Shown: in pieces, positions 11,731 to 22,840 of the stretch | How the letters are laid out: the number at the start of each line of letters is the position of its first letter | Position numbering within the stretch: the first letter of the stretch is position 1 | DNA from: Octopus bimaculoides | Lineage: Eukaryota | Assembly (NCBI RefSeq): GCF_001194135.2 | Contig: NC_068986.1 | Coordinates: 72,975,765-73,026,497, forward strand | Direction of reading: 5' to 3' | DNA: 50,733 bases | Program-made: the position numbers and the translations under genes | The notes under the pieces: model-generated | Seen by the model: only the letters and a program-made list of their open reading frames with translations | Database searches by the model: none | Told to the model about the DNA's origin: nothing

Positions 11731-12209
11731 CTGCAGTACAATTGTTATATTTTTATTTTATGAATTACGCTTAGATATTCTGTTCTTAAAACTATAGAAA
11801 ACTTTCATTAGAAAAAGAGAAAAAGAATGATTTTATTTTAAAGCGGTGAACTTTTTTACTCAATTACCCTCAAATATATTTATTTATGCTGACATTACCC
11901 CCTTGATCTGAAGTTATGTTTTGTGGAAGTGGGGTGAGGTCATGTAAATATAGGATGAAAAGTGTAAGATGAAGATTGGATCCCCATGGTACTTCATTCT
12001 GAAAATTGTAGTATCTGAAAAATGATGTTCTTATACTCCACTAAAGCTTGGCAATCCAACATGTAGTTTGATAGTAAGCATTTTGAATTGTTTCTTTAAG
12101 TATTGCTGAATATTTCTTTTTGTATTTGTGGAAAGTTTGTTTATGTTGCTGGTAGGTAGTATTTTTTGATGAAGTGGTCATGTTTTCTGTGTTGAGTTTA
12201 TGAGTAGGC

Positions 12210-12305
12210 TTTGTCAAAGATGAAAGCAAAAGCTGCCTTCAGTGGGATTTGAACTTAGAACATAGAGGGTTTAAATGAATGCTGCAAAGCATTTTGTCCT
12301 GACAC
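12210..12305 (-). mobile_element. SINE family C, 5' fragment
   Basis: The - strand reads CAAAATGCTTTGCAGCATT..AAGTTCAAATCCCACTGAAGG. Confidence 0.6.
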
Positions 12306-12512
12306 CATGTTTTTTGAAGAGAGTAATACATGGGTTTGCCTTTCTAGAATTTTTGAGAGTGTGCACAAAAAGGTGATACTATTTTACTTTACATGGATTT
12401 TTGTTGGGCTTCAGAATTGTTAATTTTATCTACTTTCCAGATGCTTAGAATTTAACAGTTTTAGTTCAAGTAATAGTAGATCTGAGTGCAGTAATTCTTT
12501 CAGACCCTAGAC

Positions 12513-14011
12513 CATTGGTTCCCAACCTTTTCACTACCAAGGACCCCTTTTATTTAAATGAATTTTCCCACTAACCCCTTTTAGTATGCTTATCCTTATG
12601 TATATACACCTAGAAACACACTAATAGCTTAGGAGTGAAATTTAAGATTTCTTGGTTCTCTGCATATCAATTTTGATAAAACTTTTCCTAGCTGGTTTGC
12701 ACACTATGGCAACACCAATGTTATGTTTTCATTATTCTGTGTAACATCCTTTCTTTTTTATTTCAGATTCTTCAGTATTTGGGTGAACCATGCTAATAAC
12801 ATCTCTCCTCTCTAAGAACAATGGGACATGGAAATGGCCTTAATGATGAAGAAAAGTCTGTCATCATCAAGGTGAGTGCTAAAGGCACCTCTCTTTATGT
12901 CACTGCGGAGAAATTAGGTTGTCCTGGACACGGTTAGATGATTCCTGAAGGATCCTTCACCAAGGAAGAAACAATCTAATTGTGGGACCTTCAAGACTGC
13001 GACAGCTAGAGATTTAAGGAATATTGACTACAAGTTAAATGGGAAACCTGGACAAAGAAGCAAAGCCATTTTCTCTGCATCCAGACTTCCACATGTACCG
13101 AAATCACATCCTTGGGACCATGGCTTCTGTGCAAAAACCCCTCAAGCTGCCTCATTTAATGCACCATCACAGGTATCATTAAGGACAGACATATTGGCCT
13201 AGTCAGGGTGCTTGAAGGGGTTAAAGTGACTGCAGCCACCTACTGCAATCTCCTGAAGGCGGTCTTAGATCCTTGGCTAGATGACATACCACTGTCACTT
13301 CTAAGGAATCTCGTATTCATGCATACAACACTCCCTCCCACTCTGCTAGGACCACCCAAATATACAAGGTGAAAGGTTGATGGTGTGGTTGCTAGAGTCT
13401 CCGGATCTCAACCCTTCAAAAATCTTTGGTCCATCATTAAACAAAATGTTTATGCAGATGGATGCCAGGGCAACTATCAAAGCTGCAGCAGAAGCAGTCC
13501 AACCTGCTACTATTAAGAAATTGACAGATTCCGTGACTAATAGGGTTTTTGAAGTTATCTGTCAAAATGGTGCTCATGTGGCTAAATAATTCATTATGTT
13601 AATAAATGTTATAATATTATTATGGTTTTCTATTAAATATATACTCAGTGAATGTTTAACATGTATCATTACCCTTCATTTTCTGAAAAAAAAAAATGTC
13701 TAGATGGGCTATTTTCATTCAAAGGTTATTAGCGTGGTTCACCCAAAATCTGAAGAATCTGAAATAAAAAAGAAAGGACTTTACACAGAATAATGAAAAC
13801 ATAACAATGGTGTTACCATAGTGTGCAAACCAGCTGGGAAAAGTTTTATCAAAATCGATTCACAGAAAACTGAAAAATCCTAAATTTCACTCCTAAGCAT
13901 GGTTCTGGGTATATATATGTATGAAATTTTGAATTTAGTTCACAGACACCCCCCTCTGTACTACCTTTGTGAACTACCAGGGATCTGCAGACTACAAGTT
14001 GGAAATCACTG
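12513..14011. mobile_element. hAT (Charlie-like) MITE interrupted by a Tc1 insertion
   Basis: TIRs CATTGGTTCCCAAC / GTTGGAAATCACTG. The 8-bp TSD CCCTAGAC (12505-12512) / CCCTAGGC (14012-14019) contains the CTAG core typical of Charlie-type targets. Confidence 0.85.
12607..13909 (+). mobile_element. Tc1-family element with long (about 190-200 bp) TIRs and an internally deleted transposase
   Basis: Arms at about 12607-12800 and about 13724-13909 are reverse complements with TA on both sides. Remnants are GIIKDRHIG..GVKVTAATYCNLL..LVFMH..PSHSAR and WLLESPDLNP..NLW (DDE34-type WPxxSPDLNPIENLW). Confidence 0.9.
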
Positions 14012-14476
14012 CCCTAGGCGTATGTTTGCGATTTTGTCTGGTCTTGAGTTTGAGATTTGGGCTCATGCCTGATAGTAGTGACAGAGGATGAGCAACGAGT
14101 TTGTTGTGTATTGATACTGACATGTACTGTAATTTAGGTGAAAGGGTAAATGTGCCAGGATGTATAGTGGTGAGAACTTTCAGATTCTAAAGTGTTTGAG
14201 AATTTTAGGATTTTGAGATGAGATCGAATATGGAATTAAACGCCGACTATGATGGATACATAATGTACATAAGCACACACAAACTTAGAAGCTTTATTGT
14301 CAGAATAAAGCCTAGTCCCTTTGAAAAATAAAACTTATAGCTTCTTTTGTTTGAAAAGATGGGAGAAGTATGTCAAAACAATTACAATAAAGTTTAAATC
14401 ATGCGACATGCAGCATTTGTTCTGCTTGCAGTTCCTGAAAAAACCGCCTTGTTTCAATCTACGCGTGACAAATATA

Positions 14477-14692
14477 TAGTAATCCTTCAACTATCGCGGG
14501 TGTTACGTTCCAACCCCCACCCCGCAATAGGTGAAAATCCGCGAAGTAGAAACAGTACTGTATATATCTTTTATTTTTAGAATTTGTATATATTTATTTT
14601 ATTGTAAATGCAAGACAACACCACGGAGGAATCGACGTAAACTTAAATAATAAACCGCGATAGGTGAACCGCGATACGGCGAGGGATTACTG
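14477..14692. mobile_element. Tigger/pogo-type MITE (216 bp) about 530 bp upstream of the PITP ATG
   Basis: TIRs (C/T)AGTAATCCTTCAACTATCGCGG / CCGCGATACGGCGAGGGATTACTG with TA TSD. Confidence 0.85.
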
Positions 14693-15150
14693 TATATCAC
14701 TGTGTTTTAGAGTGGGGTCGTTAACGCTAAGAAAAAAAAAAGCAGCAGTAAAAACATTCCTCTTTTAATTTCTGTTGAATATAAATTTGATCAGTGAAGG
14801 GCAAGTAAACTTAGAGAGAAATAGAAAATCTTCGAGAAATATGTAAAATAAGTCAAAAGAAATCGAAACAAAATTGAAATCGCTGAAAGATTCTAACGAA
14901 AAACAGAGCTGATAATACTGCAGTAAATAGTAGAGATAGTGCTGTTTGTTATAATGAATGAATTGTTAATTTTATGCCGAGAATTAAAATGATTTTCGAA
15001 TATAGATAAAAGAAAGAAGTATTAAAATAAGATTTATAGAATATTATTAGCAATTTTAAGAATCCTTTTATTTAAGATATAACTGTGGCAAATTATGCTT
15101 GTTATTAACGAATCAATAAATGTAGTAAATACAGTGCTGACACACAGTTA

Positions 15151-15160
15151 ATGACGTCAT
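15151..15160. promoter_or_regulatory. Palindromic CRE/ATF site ATGACGTCAT about 70 nt upstream of the PITP start codon
   Basis: Perfect TGACGTCA octamer inside a 10-bp palindrome next to exon 1. Confidence 0.5.
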
Positions 15161-15221
15161 TGATTGTATCCCGGCTGGATCAGAGGCAGAAAGGCGACAA
15201 GGCTAGAAAAAGGTTCTTAAG

Positions 15222-15238
15222 ATGCTCATATATGAATA
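15222..15238 (+). CDS. PITPNA/PITPNB (vib): Class I phosphatidylinositol transfer protein, coding exon 1 (M-L-I-Y-E-[Y]), phase-2 donor
   Basis: ATG CTC ATA TAT GAA TA|GTAAGT. The donor is a perfect consensus, A sits at -3 (AAGATGC), and an in-frame TAG lies upstream at 15204-15206. Joined to 46620-46650 it reads MLIYEYRVVLPMKVEE, matching the PITP N-terminus (human PITPNB MVLIKEFRVVLPCSVQE). It lies in a CpG-retaining region. Confidence 0.88.
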
Positions 15239-16199
15239 GTAAGTGGACATTTGCATTACTTGAAACTAAATATTGCTTTAATAAATACTATATTAATTCA
15301 TATTTACGTTAAAATTATAAATTCGTTGTTTTTCATTCTAGTGAATCACTTTTCCCGAGTGATGTAACAGCGGATTTGACTTGTGTTTAAAGTGTTACAT
15401 TTTAATCTCGGTAAAAATACTTGACTAAGAGATTGTCTTTTACCCATCGGCATCACTGACATTTCATCATTTATTGTCAGTGGGTGAATATATTTATACA
15501 TCTATTGTATATAATGAAAGGAATGCTTGATATCTGAGATCTACAACTATCGGAGTTATCACATAAATTACACATCCAAATATAACTGTCCACCATTTTT
15601 TGATGTCGTTCTTTTTCAAGAATAACCACTCCTCTTTATCACTTCATTTATTGAGGGTACATTTTCCTGATTTTGTATTTTTTGTGCCTATTTATTCATT
15701 GGAGAAACATGTCATTTATTTTGATTCTAATTGTACTATTTCATTTATCATATTTTCTTTTTGATCTTCATTGTTTCACATCACGACATGTGTACTCTTG
15801 ATGACATTAGCTTACAGAAATTGATGTTGCTTGTAATTACTTGTTACATTCTAAAATAACCATTAGAATTATTATGAGCACCCCGCTTGAGTTCAATAGT
15901 CTTAAAATATAATGGAAACTATTGAACGGTATTTTCCGCTTCATTTAATCCCAGTATAATTGAAAGCGCTATTCAACGCCTACTTAAAATGACAAACCTA
16001 CAACGATAATCATTAGATAATCTTTTTACAAAAGTCAGACTTGAGTTATTTAACAATTTGTACACTGTAATTGTTTTCTTCTTTGTTGATGACTAAAACC
16101 TTTCTGAAATCTATAGCTTTATTGTGTTTTAATATTTCGTGTGTATAAAGTTTTCGCATTGACACACATTTACCTAGTTATATACACCCACTCAGCAAA

Positions 16200-16380
16200 C
16201 TAGGAAGGGAGTCTGACTCTACGCGGTTGCTTGATCTGTTAGAAATACACCCTGCTGTCTCAAAAAAACGAAGGACACATTAGAATAATGTGGTCTTAGA
16301 CACACCTCCTATATAAAGATGGGATGGTCACGGTTGGAACGTTTTTGATCACGACTGATCTGGAGTTAAACTACGATCCA
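16200..16380 (-). repeat. Dispersed repeat family D (other copies at about 20180-20370 on + and about 32000-32150 on -)
   Basis: Shared TTTAACyCCAGrTCAG..ACCACATTAT..AATGTGTCCTT..TTTCTArCAgrTC blocks. Confidence 0.6.
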
Positions 16381-16983
16381 CTCAATATTTATACATAGAA
16401 ATATACATATAAAAAAGAAAAACACCCGTAAATCAATCATAATCTTTTCTGTTGTCGATAATCTAATAATTATGGCTTTTCGTCTTATCCATCTTTCAGT
16501 GAGGGCGGTGTCATATTGGTATGTTGTCGGTACTATTGTTAATTAGTACCGAAATACCAGATGATGGCAGTCGCAGAAATACCGCCTACAGATTTAATAG
16601 TTAACTGTGTGTGAGGGTGAGAGAGTTTTTATGTCAAGTAGCACTGATCGTTTTTCTTAGACTTTTTTCACAGAAGAATACTTTTTTTTAGCACTGACAT
16701 TTAATTAAAACCTGTATTTCTACTCCTCCAGGAATTGATATAAAAGGGTAGGAGAGTATTTTATAGCAATAAATATAAATATTTTTTTAGATTTTATTAC
16801 GGGTCAATGGATAGCAATGTACCGACAAAATATAATACTGACGAATTTCTGCTTAATAATGTTCCGTCTTCTAAATGATTTGCCAAATTATTTCAATTTA
16901 AAGTCATTTTGTGCACTCCTATATTCTCCAGGAAACAAATAACCGCATTTAAAATTAAGCATTAATATTTTTGAAAAATAAAA

Positions 16984-17090
16984 GATATATATAGTCGCGA
17001 ATGGCGACGAAAAGGACTTACACAAACCTAGCTGATTGATTGATCGACCGAACGATTAGTTAGTCAAGCAATCGATTGGTTAACCAATTG
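16984..17090. promoter_or_regulatory. Promoter-like motif cluster: TATATATA, TCGCGA, ATGGCG (YY1-like), TGATTG x2, palindromic ATTGGTTAACCAAT (two CCAAT boxes)
   Basis: All motifs were read directly in unique, non-repeat sequence. Function is inferred. Confidence 0.4.
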
Positions 17091-17189
17091 ACAAAATAAA
17101 GAAATGGAATAGAACCGGTGCATGTGTTTATTATTGTCGTAATGGCCCTCTCTACATGCAACAAAAAATGTTTCAACACGAGTTCACAC

Positions 17190-17393
17190 GCATACATATA
17201 TATATATATGATATATATATATATATATACACACACATACATCTGTATATGTACATACATGTGTGTATTATATATATAAATACACACATACATGTATGTG
17301 TATATATACATATAAGTTTGTGGTTGTATGTGTATATATACATGTGTGTACATACATACATGTGTATATATATATGCATACACACATACGTAT

Positions 17394-17444
<51 letters not shown>
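17190..17444. repeat. Compound (TA/CA)n microsatellite followed by an N gap (17445-17486)
   Basis: Direct reading. Confidence 0.95.
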
Positions 17445-17486
17445 NNNNNNNNNNNNNNNNNNNNNNNNNNNNNNNNNNNNNNNNNN

Positions 17487-17842
17487 TGTTTTTTATGTTT
17501 TATTTATATTCCTGTAAAACCAATGTGGGATATGGAATATATAATATAATATACAATATATAAAATAAAAATGGATCGTACAATGAAATAAAGTATTGAA
17601 TGTCTTATTGAATATATGGAATATGTCTTATTGAATAGATGAAATATTGAGTGTTCAATATAAAGGATTAAATATATAAAGGCGAATACGTATTTTCTAT
17701 ACCTTGTGGTATTTCATCATGGCCGGTATGACAGACTTTATTTCATTGTACCATCCATTTTTATTTTATATTATATATTGTATATTCCATATTCTATATC
17801 CCACATTGGTTTTGCAGGAATATAAATAAAACATAAAAAACA
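17487..17842. mobile_element. Fold-back MITE with about 110-bp arms
   Basis: TGTTTTTTATGTTTTATTTATATTCCTGTAAAACCAATGTGGGATAT...ATAAAGT is mirrored by ACTTTATTT...CCCACATTGGTTTTGCAGGAATATAAATAAAACATAAAAAACA. The left end abuts an N gap. Confidence 0.75.
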
Positions 17843-18232
17843 GACAGTGTTGGAACTCTTTTAAACAAAATAATATATATATATAAGGAAGAGGGTAAGT
17901 GACCTAAACCTTTCCTATTCTATACATATTACGTATACACATGCGATATGTGTGTGTGTATTTGTATGCACACATGTTAATATATTAATTGAAGTGTACA
18001 GTATTATATATCCAATGCTCTTCAGGTAGCCTTTATGGACGACTTACATTTTAATGTACATAGGTGTGTGTATGTATATATTTATGTATGTAAAGTGTGT
18101 GAATGTATGCATGCTTGTGTGTGTATGTGTATATATATATACACACAATGTATATAGTCACAGATAATTTGTGCAGTTTAGTATACAGTGCACAACATAT
18201 AACATTATATTATAACCAATGTCTGGCGGGAA

Positions 18233-18896
18233 GCGAAATTTTTTTCCCCACGAGAGTTCCGGGCCCCAGTAATGAACTCATTTGTATACAGCCAATCAAA
18301 GCTCACCTTTAAAATCCACATACTGTGTACTACTACAGTACAGCTAGTCAGGCATAGAATGGTGTATGCCACTCTGGTCTCATATAAGCACCTCATTTCT
18401 CACCCTCCATCCTTATAGATCAGTTGAGCACCATCTATCTCTATATGGAGCTAACATTAAGTACCTATGCTCAGACTGAGATTAGTGATACTGCATGTAC
18501 CCATTGATATATGTAAGGAGGGCGCAATATGACAACGCCATATTGATTACGATGTTTCCAGATCAACACCAACATTCTAAATTAGGAATGTACAAAATTA
18601 GTAAAAAAATTAGGGAACTACACTCATTAGATTTTCTAGTAAATTACGCAAATTGGCCATACTTATGGCATCATCGGTGAGCAGCTCTCCATTCACTTTG
18701 TATATACTAAATTTCACATTTGTCACCCTTATTGACCCGTTTAGAATTGTTACATTTTGCTATAACGCACATTTTCCACTGAACTCAACCAGAGTATTTT
18801 TGTGATTAAGTGGACACTAGTTGAGCTTTGATTGGCTGTATGCAAATGAGTTCATAACTGGGGTCCGGAACACTCGTGGGGAAAAAAACATTTCGC
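18233..18896. mobile_element. Non-autonomous DNA transposon with about 70-75-bp TIRs, superfamily not assigned
   Basis: GCGAAATTTTTTTCCCCACGAGAGTTCCGGGCCCCAGTAATGAACTCATTTGTATACAGCCAATCAAAGCTCA is mirrored at 18821-18896. There is no coding remnant and no clear TSD. Confidence 0.75.
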
Positions 18897-19140
18897 GTTT
18901 GGGATGAGAAATCGAATAATTTTCTAAGTTATCCGTCAATATTGAAAATAAGAATGGAGATATTTTTACGTATATTCAATTCATTAAAATGAATTGAATA
19001 AACAAGTCTCCATTTGTTCTTTATTTTCACACACGCACGTCTGTGTGAGAGAGACACAGTCGTTGTGACGTGAAACTCGAGTTGCAAGGAACACATTTAC
19101 GTTGAATCAACTAACGTATAATGTATAATCTGTCTTTTAT

Positions 19141-19182
<42 letters not shown>

Positions 19183-20108
19183 GTTTATTTATTCTTAAAG
19201 ACAGCTGTTGATCTCTTTTGGTTAAAAAAGGTTTATCCCCCATCTCCATGGCAAAGGTCTTTTTTGCTATCTATTATTCATAGAATAGTAAAGCTCATAA
19301 CTTATAAGATATTGATTTTCGTAAATACTTTCTCTCTCGTCTGTACCTTCAAATAAAACTCACGGATTGTTCATTTATAGATGATATAGTTTTATTGGAT
19401 TTAGTAATTAGCTCAGAAGTTATTGTATCGGTCAACGCAGAGGGTAGTATAATCAATATTTTTGTTTTATAGATTTTAAGAATATCGTGATTCATTAGTG
19501 GCAAGTTTATTGAAGAAAAAAACATTCAATTGCATATAGCAAATATCAGTAAAGTTTTCATTGCAGCAGTTGTAAATGTAGATGGTTTTTATTCTCGCAT
19601 GTATTTATTTATTTATTTACAAGACGTTCTCAGTATTGTCTATTTTCGTTCATTTCGTGTAGTGGGAAACGTCCAAATTGTCTTCTACTAGAATAATCGA
19701 TTGCCGTATTATCAGCACGAGACAGTTATATAACATTCAATTTAAGAATGTGTTTTTGATTTCGAAATTAATTTATGTTTTGTTAATATTGATTGTTTAT
19801 TTCGACCGTCAAATAAAAGGGCACTAGTTGAAAGAGAACACAGATAATTTAAACATTTCATTGATTAGAATTTTAGTCGCTTTTCATAATCAATTTTAAT
19901 CGTAATCAGGTAAAAATAGAACGTTCTGTGTGTTGTCCTTTATTTAACACAAAAATAGATAACTTAGCTTCTTGTACACTCACCTTGAATTAAAAACATA
20001 AATCGATAAAGGCAAAATTTGATTCATATAAGATCTCAGCCGGTTCTTTACCGATTAATGTCCAGTAGTTTTTATACTATAGTATAATAAATATGAACAA
20101 ATCATTTG

Positions 20109-20141
<33 letters not shown>

Positions 20142-22004
20142 TGTTTTAAATTTAGACTTGCTACGTGTAAGTAAATGGTTGCTGTTTAACCCCAGGTCAG
20201 ATTGATTGGGCAGACGTATGGTCAAAAGTATTCCAAAAGCAACAATCCTCTCTTTTTCCATTGCACAGTGCACACAGAACCACATTATCCAATTTGTCCT
20301 TTATGTTGATGATGTGTAAGATATGTGAGGGTAATTTGGCTGCTGTTTCTAGCATGTCGAGTTACCACTTAGAAGTTCTTAGTTTTCACTGTAATAAATG
20401 GTTTATGTAGGTGATAGGATTAATTCTGGAATGACATTTTTTCCCCACTGTTTGCAAACTTAAGGAATCACAATGCTAAATGTTGAAGATCTGAAGAGAA
20501 ATCTGTTCAGTGCAATTTGTAGGATGTGCAACATTAATTTGTACATCTTAGAAATTGCACTTAATTTAAAAGAGAGAGAGAGCGAGCGAGTGGCTCAGTA
20601 TTAATGATAATAATGAGTTTGTGCAGGAAATGAAACTGTTGGTATAGATGTATGTATATAAGACATTTACGAGATAGAAAATGCAGTGCAAAACAAAGGG
20701 GTGGTCCGAAATGGTTAAGCCAGATCTGAAGATATTGGGCGATATGTATGAAGTGATAGAGGTTTGAGAAGAGTGGCAGTTGTTATTGTGATATGCTGTA
20801 CTGCATATCTGTCAAATCCAAACCAGCATGGGAAAAGGGATGGTAAAATTATAGAAAGTGAATTTGAAAATATATAAGACTACATTGAATTCAATTATTC
20901 TAATCAATAGACAGTTGTATTAATATAACTTGTTTGCAGTGGTGAAGGTCTATTTTATTTATTCAATTATTGAATGGTTTTTCATTGCTCACTCAGTTGT
21001 TTTAGTAGAAATATTACTTCATAATTATCTGGTTTTTCTCTTTGTTTCATGTGAATATAGAATCTTATCTGATAACAAAAATATTTTCTTGGAAGAAAAA
21101 CCTAGCTGTGCATTTCGCTCATTGGTTGATTAATTTTGCAACAAGATTACTGATTTTTGCTTGAATAGGTTTTATAAAGTATAGATTCATTATAAAACAG
21201 AAGACTGAATTGTTACCTCAAGTATGAGTTAAAGAAAGTTTAATGGGACAGCCATAAATAGATCTTAAAATTCCCAAATTTTATTAATGTTTCCATGGTT
21301 GTATGGAAACTTTTGTGTCCACAAAATAGTTATGTTTGGAATTTAAACATAGAGGCATATGAAGAGATCTAGTATTATATTTCTGTAATGTTGGTATTAA
21401 ATATGTTCTATCAGATTTTCCAACTGAAGACTACCAATTTGGCCACATTCACAGTTTTTGTATTGATTTATATTTCTTACTTTGTTGCTTGTAAGGAATA
21501 AGTATTATTATATTACCTTTATAGTGTCATGAAAGTGTGCTTACATTTTCAAGTGTCTAAAATATTGATTGCTTTTATTATAATGCCTATTGTTTTAACA
21601 TCTTTTGGTTGAAGCAGAGAAAGATAAAGGATTTTTGATTTGCTTCATGGTTGGTTTAAGGATATTATTAAATTTTAGGGTTTATCTGCATTATGTACTG
21701 CAAAACTTGGTGTGATGAAAATTGCTAATAAAAACATTTCATATGGGGAAAGATCCTATGGAAAACTTAAGGCCAAGCTTGTCAATCTGGCTTTCAAAAT
21801 ATTTTTGAAGTAGCATAAATTGTAAAATATTAAGCTAATTATTTTGTAGAGTTTTGTTTTGTCTAGTTCTGGTGGGGTTGTCTTCGACTTTCATCCTTTC
21901 AAAATTTATAAAATAGATATTGTGTTGTGTGATGCAGGTATACTTCTACTGCATATTGTACAGTTGTATGATGGAGGTATACCTCCTACATATTGTACCA
22001 CAAC

Positions 22005-22385
22005 AACATAGCTGTCTGGTAAGAAATTTGCTTCCGAACCACATGGTTCTGGGTTCAGTCCCATTATGTAGCATCTTGGGCAAGTGTCTTCTACTGTAGC
22101 CATGTGTCAACCAAAACCATGGAGGTGTTTTGATAGATGGAAACTAAAAGAAGCCCTTTGTGTGTGTGTGTGTATCCTTGTTTTGACATCGTATGATAGT
22201 CATACAAACATTATCATTCATTTCTAGTATTCTGTGACATGTCTAGTCATGGGGAAATATCACTTTGCTTGAAAACAGGTGAGGCTTGGTGACAGGAAGG
22301 GTATTCAGCCATTGAAAGTCTGCCTTAAACTTTGTCTGACCCGTGCAAATGTGGAAAAATAGACATCAAAATGATGATGATGATG
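22005..22385 (+). mobile_element. SINE family B: family-A tRNA head joined to a different body and an RTE-type (TGA)n tail
   Basis: The head matches family A to GAAACTAAAAGAAGCCC. A distinct body follows, then GACAGGAAGGGTATTCAGCC..GACATCAAAATGATGATGATG. Confidence 0.78.
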
Positions 22386-22840
22386 TGTAATGGAAATTAT
22401 ACCTCCACTTCGAGTCTTTGGCTTTGTACCAGTTTGAGAAATCAATATTTCTTAGTTTAAGTACACAATTGATTTTGTGCAGCTGTTGTGGTATTTCACT
22501 TAATGCCACCTTGTAGTTTTCATTTCAAATCCTGGTGTGGTTAACTTGGCTTTACTTCCTTTCAGATTAGGAGTGAAATATGTTTATTTTGTTTCTTGAA
22601 ATAAATGCCTTAAAACAATAGAAGTTGTTGACTTTGAACTTTAGTCTTTAGTTTGCAGATATGAGAGACTCTAGCAGGATAAAGTAGGTATACATATATC
22701 TTATCCTTTTGCTCCTTTTTGGTAACTGAACTTTCATCTCAATTGATTTGCTATTTAGTTTCTCTCAACCTAATTATTGAAGCACAATTAAAATAGATGT
22801 CTAACAATAAATGTGAAAATTTCATTTAAAAATTAATATA

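Larger units (their letters stand above)
14450..20200. promoter_or_regulatory. CpG-retaining (probably unmethylated) promoter domain around PITP exon 1
   Basis: CG dinucleotides are visibly frequent here, whereas flanking DNA and old repeats show CG to TG/CA decay. This was assessed by eye, not counted. Confidence 0.5.

Noticed and set aside
17001-17039. ATGGCGACGAAAAGG.. as a gene start (MATKRTYTNLAD*)
   Set aside because: It stops after 12 codons with no + strand donor. It is kept only as a YY1-like motif.
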